Shown here: positions 12,601 through 22,990 of the stretch, in pieces | How positions within the stretch are numbered: the stretch's first letter is position 1 | Layout: each line of letters opens with the position of its first letter | Assembly: GCA_965233585.1 (NCBI GenBank) | Contig: CBDDTI010000376.1 | Span: 1-29,849, forward strand | Direction: 5' to 3' | DNA: 29,849 nt | Source: a bacterium | GTDB taxonomy: Bacteria; SAR324; NAC60-12 | Position numbers and translations under genes: made by a program | The notes under the pieces: model-generated | Told to the model about the DNA's origin: nothing | Database searches by the model: none | The model's input: only the letters and a program-made list of their open reading frames with translations

Positions 12601-15600
12601 GACTTAGGGAGGGGGTGACCTAGAGAAGAGGTGACTCAGGGAAGTGTGCTTATGGAAGTGGTGACTGAGGAAAGTGGTGACTTAGGGAAAGCGGTGACTT
12701 AGGGAGGGGGTGACCTGGAGAAGAGGTGACTCAGGGAAGTGTGCTTATGGAAGTGGTGACTGAGGAAAGTGGTGACTTAGGGAAGTGGTGACTTAGGGAG
12801 GGGTTGACCTAGAGAAGAGGTGACTCAGGGAAGTGTGCTTATGGAAGTGGTGACTGAGGAAAGTGGTGACTGAGGAAAGTGGTGACTTAGGGAAGCGGTG
12901 ACGTAGGGAGGGGGTGACCTAGAGAAGAGGTGACTCAGGGAAGTGTGCTTATGGAAGTGGTGACTGAGGAAAGTGGTGACTTAGGGAAAGCGGTGACTTA
13001 GGGAGGGGGTGACCTAGAGAAGAGGTGACTTTGGGAAGGGGTGACTTTGCGAAGTGGTGACTTAAGGAAACAGTACTCAGATGAGATGAAGGGAGTTTAG
13101 AAAAACTTAGATGACATCTGCGAAGAGATGACGAGATGAGATGAGATGAAGTGTGGAGCGTGGAGTGTGAAGTGTGACCTTTGGAACGCAAAGTGTCCCC
13201 TTGCCGTTGCATTGCAACGTGGTCATGCGCAGGTCATGTTCTTGGACAACAACAGGTTCGCACAAAGCACGCACGCACGGGCCGCTGGCGCACGGCGCAT
13301 ACAAGTTTTATAGATAAAAAAGGTCTTATAGTGTAAGCCTAAGGCGACTTCCGCGCCGCCTGGTGGGGGGCACCGCTGGTAACCAGGCTTGGTCGCCACT
13401 TACTAAGCAGGATGATCCTCAAAGTGGCGGAAGTTCAAACCGGCGTTGTCATGTCTCAACAAGCAGAGCGGCGCAGATGCGTGTCGTTCAGCAACTTCCT
13501 TGGCTCAGGAAAAGGTTTCGAAGAAAAGATTGGGGTACCACAAGAATTGGATTTCTTGTTGCTAGATGGTGAATTTCTGGGTTAGCACCTGACAACCAGA
13601 AGAACAACACCTCGCTGTCCCCCAAGGTTTGGCTAACACCTAGTTTTAGGTCAAGGTTATTTGCTAAACCCGGGCTAAACCAGTGACTTCGGGCAGGATG
13701 GAAAGATTGTTCCTGTGCAAATCACCGTCCGTTTGTTGCACAAGGCTTTGGGCCGTGGCAGGTGGTGCTTCAGGAGTTGCAGTCCTGAAACTGTTCGCCG
13801 GTCTACGGAATAGTGATGTAGAACCTCACGTGTCACTATGGGATTTGCAAACGCGCAACACCAATACTGGAAACCTATGGAAATCTTGAAGCTTGCGCTT
13901 TTATCACGATTCGAAAAACTTTCAAGATTCAAGAGTGCAGCATTGCAGGCTTGTGGATAGGCTACAGGGAGATGGAATTGTCATTCCCACTATGGTCACA
14001 TAGAAGGTACTTGTTGATTTTGAGCTGAATCAATGGATGTCAGGATCTGTCTAGACAGTCATTGCCACCAGATCGCTACAGAAGCATGATGATAGGCAGT
14101 TTCCTTGCTGTGGAATCCGCATTTTATCTCTCATCATGTTCGCTACATAGGGTTTTTCAATGAAAGCCTTGGTGCCTGCAGGCTATGCAAAAAGGACAAA
14201 AGGAAGGAAAGACAGATTTATTTTCTGATCGATGGATTCCCTCGAAATTGGGACAATGTGCCTGCCCCAGCTAAAATATAAGCTCAGATCCGATATGGGC
14301 ATTTGCTTGAGGAGGTGGTAGATGGACACCAGATCCAAACCTTTGAAAAGAGACCCCAAAGACTTCAGCTTTGTTTTCAATGGAAAATATTGATTTGGTC
14401 ATTCCTTTGCTCACTGTGATAACTTGTTTCTCCGACAATTCGGTTTGTCACTTCAAGACTGGAAGCCTGTGACAGCTGGGGCTGTTTTTCGAAGCATCGC
14501 TAGCAGAGATGGAGTTTCTTGGTGCAGGTTGTGTGTCCGGTCTGACTTTTTGTGCCTTTGGTCAGGCTGAAGGTTTGGTTTCTGAATATTTCTTCAAAAG
14601 TCTGTAAGCATCATGCCTATCATGGACTCAGGGACGGATCGGTTTTCTCGGGTGATTGTGTTTGTGCTTCTGACTTCAAGACTGACTTGTGATTGTACAA
14701 GATACGTCAATGTATATTTTTCATTGGATGTCTCAAGATATCTCAGTGGTTGCTGTCGCGTTTGTGATTGTTTTGCTTTCAAATGCATCCAAAGTTTGGT
14801 AGCCCATCATTTCCTACTTTTGAAACTTATAGACATGAAAACAATGAAACTTGAAGCGTTGCTTTTTTTTCAGAGTCTTCTGCCCGTTTTGAAGTTGAAA
14901 TGAAGCATCGCTCAGGAAACGACTCTTGGGGCGTTCCGTCACCAGCAGCTGGGCCCATTGGAGATTTCCAGGACATTGCTATGGCAAATTATGGCAAGAC
15001 TATTGCAAAGCTACGGCGATTTTGATCAATTTTATTCGAAAGTGATCATGTTTGATCAATGCTTGATCAAAGGTCCCAAGTGTTGGGGAGCTTCAACTTG
15101 ATCAATTCACACCTAAGACATTTGAGACCCCAACCAATGATGCCAATTATCAACGCACAAGTTTCCACCTGGTCAGCACCCATCGGGTACCTCTTGAATC
15201 TTGAATAAGACCAACCGCAAGAATTTCGTCGGACAAACTAGCGACTAGCGACGACATGTTTGACGACGATTTCAATGGGAGTTCAAAGCTGCAGCTAAAG
15301 AAGCTGTATAAGCAGGCCATAGCTGCAGTCTGCAAACTTTGCAATTTAAGTTAGGGGAGAGGAATGCAAATGTCTTTCGGGCTAAACCACAAAGTCACTT
15401 GCAGTGGTCCCTTGAACTGGCAATCGGGAATTGCAATATCAAATTTCCAACTCATCATTGCGATTGTTGACTCCCAGTTTTCTCTTCTGTGAAAGGATTT
15501 CTTGGTGACTAACTAGTGGCAGCTTGACAGAGAATGAGGTGGTCGGGTGGACGACAACCTTGAGAGCATTCGAAAACGTTTTGCGACTTACGAAAAGGAC

Positions 15601-16383
15601 AGCTTCCCAAGTGGTCAGTTCTTAGAAAGCTTAAAGCAACTACTCGACAGGACAGGCTGACAAGACGTGGGGACTTTCAAGAATCTCAGCTTTTCACTAG
15701 CGAAGCTAGAACACCCCGGGAAAAATTCCAGCGTTAGTTGAATGGAGTGCTACAGGTACTACTACTTACTTGGTTGGCCAAAAATGTCAAACTTTGCCAT
15801 TGTGTTTGAGGTGGCTTGGTAATGGCTTCGGGCAATTTGATTTTTGACGCCTAAAGAATTGGGCAACGATCCCACCGGATCGGCTTCCCCACTCCCCACT
15901 TCTTTGAACAGAGTCATTTGGTCGCTTCCAAAGCGTGAGCAAGCTGCAGGAGACAAAGCCGATTCTCGAGAAGTACCAAAAGGAACACAAGGTTTTCAAA
16001 ATTGATGCTATGCAGTCGGTTGATTTTGCTTCTTGGCCGAGAAGCGACCCATAATTTTAAATTAGCATGACACCCAAACATGGATCAAACTACAAGCCCT
16101 TGGGTTCTAAACGAATATTTTCTGATATGTGTATACACGAATATGCATGATGCATGTACAAATATTTTTGCATATGCATATGCATATACATAGACATATA
16201 TGCGTGTACAAATTAATGTTCATGTACATGTACACAGACAAAAAGCTTTTCTTTTACATGTCTATATCTGGCTCTTCGCTCTTGCTACCAAGCAGTCATT
16301 ACCGTCAGTCTTTTTTGCGCTCCAAGGTTTGGGCCCACACCCAAACAAAGCTTCGAGAAGTCGTACCTTGGCAGCAGGTGTAG
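9501..16383 (+). CDS. CMPK1: UMP-CMP kinase (adenylate kinase family), spliced gene model with at least 11 exons
   Basis: The manually spliced translation gives the family motifs in order: VVFVLGGPGAG|KGTQC (P-loop), HISAGDCLRAE, GELINSYIK|DGKIVP, FLIDGFPRN, LFFE..EMEKRLLGR, GRVDDNLESIRKRF (short LID) and VFKIDA. An in-frame ATG in a GCCATGG context lies at 9633. The symbol is a family-level assignment. Confidence 0.92.
10223..10237 (+). CDS. Kinase 15-nt micro-exon (G)KGTQ(C)
   Basis: ag|GC AAA GGC ACA CAA T|gc completes GxPGAGKGTQC. Phases match both neighbouring exons. GC donor. Confidence 0.85.
11019..11107 (+). CDS. Kinase exon (C)AKICDAYPQWQHISAGDCLRAERQDPNSK
   Basis: AG|G acceptor, HxSAGDxLRAE motif, GA donor at 11108. 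Confidence 0.9.
11314..11343 (+). CDS. Kinase exon DGELINSYIK
   Basis: AG|G acceptor, NMP-binding region GELIxxxIK, GA donor at 11344. Confidence 0.85.
11700..13380 (+). mobile_element. Composite repeat element 2, inside the kinase intron 11344-13696
   Basis: It starts TCAAAGGAAGTTGGGAAGCGATCTTCCGAGTTACGGA and ends near TTATAG...GACTTCCGCGCCGCC, the same terminal architecture as element 1. Confidence 0.55.
11750..13065. repeat. Higher-order tandem repeat of 94/110-bp units built from 15-16-bp GTGAC monomers
   Basis: Unit starts at 11781, 11891, 11985, 12095, 12189, 12299, 12393, 12487, 12597, 12692, 12786, 12896 and 12991. Units are near-identical. Confidence 0.95.
13697..13744 (+). CDS. 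Kinase exon DGKIVPVQITVRLLHK
   Basis: cag|GAT acceptor, GKIVP motif, GC donor at 13745. Confidence 0.9.
14182..14257 (+). CDS. Kinase exon AMQKGQKEGKTDL / FLIDGFPRNWDN (apparent +1 frameshift near 14221-14224)
   Basis: cag|GCT ATG acceptor. The FLIDGFPRN signature at 14222-14248 is offset by one nucleotide from the AMQK frame. Probable GT donor at 14258. Confidence 0.8.
14476..14513 (+). CDS. Kinase exon LGLFFEASLAEM(E); 5' boundary uncertain
   Basis: LFFE-x4-EM matches the beta-strand before the LID. The GA|gt end joins G AAA CGA of the next exon. An in-frame TGA at 14470 limits 5' extension. Confidence 0.65.
14916..14944 (+). CDS. Kinase exon (E)KRLLGRSVT(S)
   Basis: cag|G acceptor, KRLLxR motif, GC donor at 14945. 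Phases fit both neighbours. Confidence 0.85.
15539..15597 (+). CDS. Kinase exon (S)GRVDDNLESIRKRFATYEK
   Basis: ag|GT acceptor, GRxDDNxESIxKRF motif typical of UMP-CMP kinases, GA donor at 15598. Confidence 0.92.
15950..16018 (+). CDS. Kinase exon ETKPILEKYQKEHKVFKIDAMQS
   Basis: cag|GAG acceptor and a TxPxxxxY...VxxIDA pattern. The donor is GT at 16019 or GA at 16022. Confidence 0.85.
16327..16383 (+). CDS. Probable last kinase exon VWAHTQTKLREV(VPWQQV*)
   Basis: aag|GTT TGG fits the C-terminal 'VW' helix. It ends at TAG 16381-16383, or earlier at a GT donor at 16363. Confidence 0.55.
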   Translation, partial: VWAHTQTKLREVVPWQQV

Positions 16384-16621
16384 TCTGGTGGGCCACATCC
16401 GTCTCAATTTTTTTTGCGGCTCAAGGGACACATTGTATTCATTGGCATTGCAAAATGCGATTTAGAGCCCTTAGGAAAGTTGGACATGAAAATGCACTTT
16501 ACATATATATATTATGTATATCTGTTCATGTACCAATCTTTATACCCATTGCATATCTGAGGAAACTGTCGCGAAATTCGGCCCTTGATTCAGCAATAAA
16601 TATAATTATGTCAATTTACAT

Positions 16622-17040
16622 TTTTCCCCAAACAGAGTGTCCACACTGAGGGGTTCTTACGGTAAGTGTAAAGGCCAGTGCTTGATCAGGGTGCTCCAGC
16701 TTGGCCCCAACATTTTCCTTTAAATTTCTGTATTAAGTGACTCTTGTGAAATCTCCAAGTGTATTTTGATTACCCAGACTCGTACAAAGTTTGCGGCGCA
16801 AGATTTGCTTGCTCTTGGTCTGCGGCCTTTTACTTGAAATTTCCGTGTAAAGGGGCTCTTGCGAAACCTCCCAATACATGCGACTGCGCATGCTCTACCC
16901 GCGGGCCTGGACTCGGATATTTTTTTCTGTAAATTTCCGTAAAAAGTGGCTCTTGTGAAATCTCCAACTACGTACTGGTATCGATTGCGCAGCTTGTACA
17001 AAATGTTTGTCTGCGTTTTGACATGTAAATTTCCGTATAA
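16622..17040 (-). repeat. Interspersed repeat (GGAAATTTAC / ATTTCACAAGAG subunit family), relatively intact 3' part
   Basis: Recurrent GTAAATTTCCGT and CTCTTGTGAAATCTCCAA subunits. A mutated copy lies in the opposite orientation at about 21940-22990. Confidence 0.75.
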
Positions 17041-17639
17041 AAAATATTTACAATTAAAAATGGACCTAGAATTTAATTATTCTTAGATGGATTTATCTAT
17101 ACAAATTGATTAGCAAGAATCCATATATTTAAATATATTTGAATATATTTAAATATTAATTACTTATTTTTTTTAATTAAATTATAATATATTTGTTATT
17201 AATATTTAATTTTTAAATTAAGGAAATTAAAATATATTTAATAATATATTAAATTAAGTATATTATAATATATAATTTTTAAATGTAATAATTTTGAAAA
17301 TATTTATATATATATATATAATTGTATATTTTATTAATTTTATTTTTATATAAAAATTAATTTATAATATAATTATTTTAAAAAATATTGAAATAAAAAT
17401 ATTATAAGGGATTATAATATTAAATTTAGAAATAGTAAATATTTATTTCGATTTGGTTAATAGGAAAAAATTATTAATACGAATTATGATGTCGTGGTAC
17501 TTTGGTTGGGGGCGAGTGGATTTTGCGTTTGTCGAGATGTGGGCCGGTTGTAGATGTTGGAAGTTTTTTTGTGATATTGATCGATGGTAATGGGTTTTTT
17601 TTTTTAGCCGGATAAATCGACGTATTTTTTGACCTGTAC

Positions 17640-18392
17640 TGGGGTATTTGACTTTTGATCCTATAAGGTTAATAAGTGGGTAAATCTGAGGACCTATATC
17701 GATGCCGTTTTTTGCGCTTCTTTGACCGATGAACTCTTATTTATTTCGTTCTAGTAGTGTGGTCGCTTCGGCTGCTTGGTTTGCGGGCTTAGCGAATTCG
17801 ATAAAAACGGGATTTATCCGACTTGCCGTTTCGAAGCTCGAGCGCCCGCAATAGACTACTAACTTGATATTTGGAACGGGTTTTTTTAATGGTTGTGACC
17901 ATCTAAGCCGGCTAGCTCCCGACTTTGCGATATGTATCGGCCCTCGGCCTAACATACCTGCAGGTATGCAGCAAGATTTGACCCGGGCTTTGGCCACAAT
18001 TACCCACCACAATAATAATTTTTGATGTTACCTTAGAGAGTATTATATGTTTTATCTCGTGGCGGGTGAAAACACCAGCGGGTTGGGGCTTATACCCTTG
18101 ACCGTTTGTAGAGGAGGTAACTTGATGGGGAACATATAAGTTTGTGGGAAACTCGTCGCTAGCCTCCTCATAATCTTCCTGGGTCGTTGTCCGCAGAGGA
18201 ACGGCGAGATCTGGCCAACAGTTTGGGCCGAACAGACTTTGATAAAAAGATATATATTACCCTGTAATCTGAAGGTTTCTGCCCCTTCATTCTAGAAATT
18301 GATTGCGAAGAGCCTGGAAGCCTTGCACCCCCGGAGGACCTTTTTTTGGGGCCAGAGATTGTGCCTGAATTATTCGCCCGTTGTGTATCCCA
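17640..18392 (+). mobile_element. Relic of a non-LTR retrotransposon ORF (Cys-rich region and pre-RT region, probably CRE/RLE-type)
   Basis: Fragments in order: LRTYIDA, CLVCGLS..G.YPTCR.EARA (from 17773), LTRALA (17978), LMLP*.VL...RGG*KHQRVGAYTLDRL (18022-18108), SLWETR, ERRDLANSLGR, EALHP (18317-18331) and PEIVPELFARC. They resemble my recollection of Symbiodiniaceae RT polyproteins. Multiple stops and frameshifts; the RT catalytic core is absent. Confidence 0.65.
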
Positions 18393-19310
18393 TATTATTT
18401 CTGAGTGCTTGTTTTCGAACGAAACCTTTTTACATTTGACACAGAAAGATACTAAGACGGTATCCGATCCATTAATATTGCTCGATTAATTACAAAGAAC
18501 ATCAAATCAGAGGCCACGAATCTTCAGTTATTACACATTTATTCCTTATAACAAACAACACATCAAATCTTTAAATAAGCAAGATTACATGCCAGGTCCT
18601 TGATTTATTGGTGGCGACAGAAAACAGCTGCCAAGCTCAGGTGCGGCACAAGTTGCCTGCGCTAACGTCTCAGTTGCCTTTCGCTTGCAAGGCACAAGGG
18701 GACCAGGGGAGTATGTGGCCGCTGCTGAGGCCCCGGCTGCCTGTGTGGCGTGCCTGGCCACTGCTTTTTAGAGCTGCGCCTGCTTTTTGAATGGCAGCGC
18801 CATACACAGGCCTGCCGGAAAAGTTGCGGCGTACCCTGGCCGTTGCTGGAACTCATGCCATTGCTGGGACTCATGCCATTGCTGTGCACATGGGTTGCGG
18901 CGGTTGCTATGCCAGGAAACGATTGGGACCGCCACAAAGAACAAGATTAAAAAAGCTCCAATGCTCAAAAAATTATTAAATTTAAGAAGGTAAAAAATAT
19001 TTTTTTTTAAATAAATAAACGAAAAAATCAATAAAATAAATTTTAATTGTTCGAATCCAATAGTTACATTTTCATGATTAATTTTTTTCAAAATTTATTA
19101 TTAAATATAATTACTTTTTTTTTTATTTCATTAAATATAATTTCCTAATACTGGAAAAAAACTCCTGAAATTTATTTAATAAAAATTTTAATTTTTTTTA
19201 TGTCCTTCAATTCTTTCAAAGTTATTCATTTGCTTTTATTTAAAATATATATTATTAAAAAAATTAATGATATCCATATGGAACCGAGGCATTACAAGTA
19301 AAAAAAAATT

Positions 19311-19930
19311 CTTGGTGAATAAACCACAACACTTATGGTAACTGCAGAAAGGCCTCAGAAAAAAAAATTGAGTAATAGCCAGCAAGGAAAACAAATAGCA
19401 GGAATAGACACAGATGGCACAACAAAGCAAAACAACCAACCCACACAGGTCCGACGACATCCAAGAGGGGTAAGACGTTTGCAGAACCCCCAGGGAGACT
19501 GACTGGAAGGACCTTTTAATCAGCCAACCCACTTCGACGCCTGAAAACCGCCTGGGCCTGATCTGACCACCATTTCAACTTCCTGCAGAACAGAATTCTC
19601 CGCATTAAGCGCCAAAACACCAATGCGACCGGCCATTGCACAGGCTATATGGCGCGGCACCCACCCGGGCCGCACCAACAACCCAAGGCAGAAGGCGGGA
19701 CGCTTTTTTTCGGGTCCGAATCCAGCTTTTTCAGCCCATGCATGAGCCTGATCTCGAACAACATAGTGCAGCTGCGGTCGTTCTCCAACAGCGACACAAA
19801 CAGCAGTGTGATGCAAAAAAAACAAGAATGCCATCGCAAAGGGGAAACCACAAATCGGTGTGTAGGACTGGATGGGACGCCAGCTGCAGGGAAGCCGTAC
19901 TTACTAGACACTTTTAGGTGAAACCAAACC
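19311..19930 (-). other. GC-rich island, possibly the truncated 3' end of a LINE-like element
   Basis: A coding-like minus-strand stretch (ORF 19520-19834) is followed by a T/G-rich UTR-like tail ending GGTTTATTCACCAAG. No diagnostic motif is present. Confidence 0.25.
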
Positions 19931-21339
19931 AAGACACAGACTCATCAAACGGGTCCATTGCAAATCAATTTTTCATGAATTATTGCACAAATAGGAGAAT
20001 TGCCATTTCCAAGAAAATTGTTCGTTAATTCGGGTAAAAAGCATTTGTTTCTGAAAATCTGCTTAATTTTTTTGAATTTATTCCACTATGAATTCCTATA
20101 AAAAACTTTGTTTCAAAAACCCGTATGGGACATTTTTGAAAAACTATGACCTCTGGCAAAATAATATTGAAATGACTACAAAAAAATTCTATTTTCAATG
20201 GGAACACGCAGTTAAAAAATAGTAATCAATAGCTAGTGTGCTTTCCAAAGGAAATTTGTTTGCCCAGAGCAAAACGGGACATAAAAATTTTCAAAAGGAC
20301 CTCAAGACGAAAATAAAATTATTTCTTGTAGTGCGGCAATTGCGGTTGGGCATTACATCATTTTTTTGGAATTAAATTATTTTTGGTATTCGTAGTCGTA
20401 TTTAATTCTTGGATTTGTGTTTGTCAAACATAGGAATAAAAGGACCAGAAAATCGCACATATCAAAGCTTTTATTCAAAGTTTTAATATGAACTTCGAAC
20501 AAGTATGAGAAATAAAATGTAGGCACGAGGCTCTTAATATTGTACCTGCCACGCGAAAATAAATAAACCGGAAAAGGAGCGGCAGGATCCAAGCGAAAAA
20601 CAAGAACCCACATACAGTGGTGTGGGAAATAATTACTTACCTGCTTATTGCGAATTGATCAAGCTTGATTGGAACAAAGGATGTAATGGTATCTTTTCTT
20701 TGGATTTTATGGCCGGACATCAATTTTTTTCTTTTATAATACATATTTTATATCAAGAAAATTTTCCCAATTATAAAATACTAAAAATATCGGGAAAAAT
20801 GTTTGTATAAATTTTATAAAATCAAAAAATATTGGAAAAAATATATTGAATAAAAATAATGATAAAGAAAAATATTCTTGATAAAAAATAATTTTTTAAA
20901 TAAAAAACATTCAAATAAACATATATATTGTTTTGAAAAATATTCTTAAAATAATTTATATAAAAAAAATAGAAATAATTTTTAAAATAAATTTATTGTA
21001 TCAAAAACCTAAAAATAAAAAAAAAATAATATTATATGAAATCAAATTTCAATAGACCCCAACTAGAAGTGTATCAAAATTACTCTATACTTATAAAATA
21101 TATATATTATTTAATAATCATACCACTACACATACACAACCAATCAATATCCCCTATAGGGCTTCTTCATATTTTTAAATTTTCCGTTACCGCCATCAAG
21201 AAAAATCAATTAATATAGTAGAAATAATATAATAAATTTTTTAACTTAAATTAAAATAAGAATAAAGAAGAAAAAAAAAATAAAATAATTTTTGCAAAAA
21301 ATACAAAAAAAATACGGAAGGAGAAATACAAATTAATAT

Positions 21340-22990
21340 GGTGGAGGAAAAAATAATACTAAGAGAAATAATAATAAATAAAATAAAATTAAAATACATA
21401 ATAATAAGGAGAATTAAGTTAAAAATAATAATGATAATAACAAAAACGATGAAGATGAAAATAATGAAAATAATAATAATGACGATAATGATAATAAAAA
21501 TAATTATATGTAGGAAAATTAAAGTATTGATAATGATAATGTGACTAATTATATTATTATGAATAATAATTCATAAAAAATGAAGGATTATGAGGTACAA
21601 GAAATAATGTGGGGTATGACAATGCTAAAGTAGGTATTGATGAGGATGATGATATTAAGGAGGATAGGGATGAAGATAATAATGCGGAAGATAAAGAGGA
21701 CAAGGTGGAGCATAATAGTATTAAGAAGGAGGCAAATAATAATATTAAGAATTATAATATTAAGAAGAATAAGGAAAGGGATAAAAAAGTTATGTTAGAT
21801 GAGGTGGAGGGGGCCGATATTGCGAAATATAAAATAAAGGATAAAAATATTAAAGATAATGATATGACGGGGCACGAAGATCATGATAGTGAAATAATAA
21901 TATTGAGACAGAGGAAAAATAATAATCAATTAAAACAAAAAAACCGAACCCAAGAACTAGGACCATACTTTTTACGAACCTACGCGGTCTAAACACACAA
22001 TAATATTAAAAAAACTATTCATAAAAAAAATTACAAGCAAAATGCCGCAGACCACAATAAGCCCAGAATGCGGGCACAGACTTTGTTGCGAGCCTACGTG
22101 TGAGCCTACGCAATCGAAACACATACGAAGATTTCAAAAATTACTTTTAAAAAGAAATATTTAAATAAAACACAAGGAAAGATGCCCGCGGCCCATACTT
22201 ACTTTCTGACAGAATCCAAATTCTAAATATAAATTAAAATTTCAACAATTTCAAAAAAATATTTTACACAAAAATTCACAAATTAAAAATATAACAAACC
22301 AAAATAAAACCCCAGAACAAACAAACATTTAATACGAGCTTATACAAAATAAAAATACACATCAATATAAACAAAAATATCGAAAATTATAAATAAAATA
22401 TAATATTAAATATAACAAAATAGATCCATATTTTGTACGAGCCTATGTAATTAAAATAAATTTCTTTATTTCAAAAATATACGGAAATTTATATGCAAAA
22501 TACCGCAAAACAAATCCATAATTCCCATCATAAAAAATGTATCCAAAATACATATCAATATTTCAGAAGGGCCACTTCATAGATAAAATTTACAGGTAAA
22601 CATCACAAACCAAAATAACACCAGGGTACGGGCATAAAGATTATATAATCAAAATTTTAAACAGAAATGATTTATAGCAAAATTTATGGGTAAAATGCTA
22701 CTAATCCCTTACAAAATATAACTAATAAATCCATTTTATACGGGCCTATAAAGTCAATATATAAATAAATATTTGTATATTTCCAAAAAAAAAGAAATTT
22801 ATTAAACATTTATACCACATATTTTATACAAACCTTTATAATCGAAATTCATATTAAAATTTAATAAAAAAAATTTTATACGGAAATTTACAAAAAAAAA
22901 TCCGCGACTGAACTAAAACACCTTTCTAAAATAGCAATTTCTACACCTTCCGTAAAAATTTTTAATATAAATACATTTTAAAAAAATAAA
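21340..22990 (+). repeat. Heavily AT-shifted copy of the GGAAATTTAC repeat family, preceded by a degenerate GAT/GAG(AAT) trinucleotide tract
   Basis: Subunits TACGGAAATTTA, CGAGCCTA and AAATGCCGC persist. The terminal motif at 22950-22974 aligns to the reverse complement of 16637-16662. Confidence 0.7.

Noticed and set aside
7786..13065. CRISPR-like regular repeats (40-bp and 94/110-bp arrays)
   Set aside because: There are no unique spacers and no cas genes, and the context is eukaryotic.
17041..17460. Organellar (plastid or mitochondrial) insertion or foreign AT-rich DNA
   Set aside because: No organellar gene is recognisable, and comparable AT tracts nearby align to nuclear repeats by transitions.
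20200..20760. Possible decayed transposase fragment
   Set aside because: The composition is coding-like, but all + frames contain stops and I could not name any motif with confidence.
21338..21992. Asp/Glu/Asn-rich and Ile/Met-rich ORFs
   Set aside because: This is a degenerate GAT/GAG trinucleotide tract of a repeat family, partly converted by G>A.
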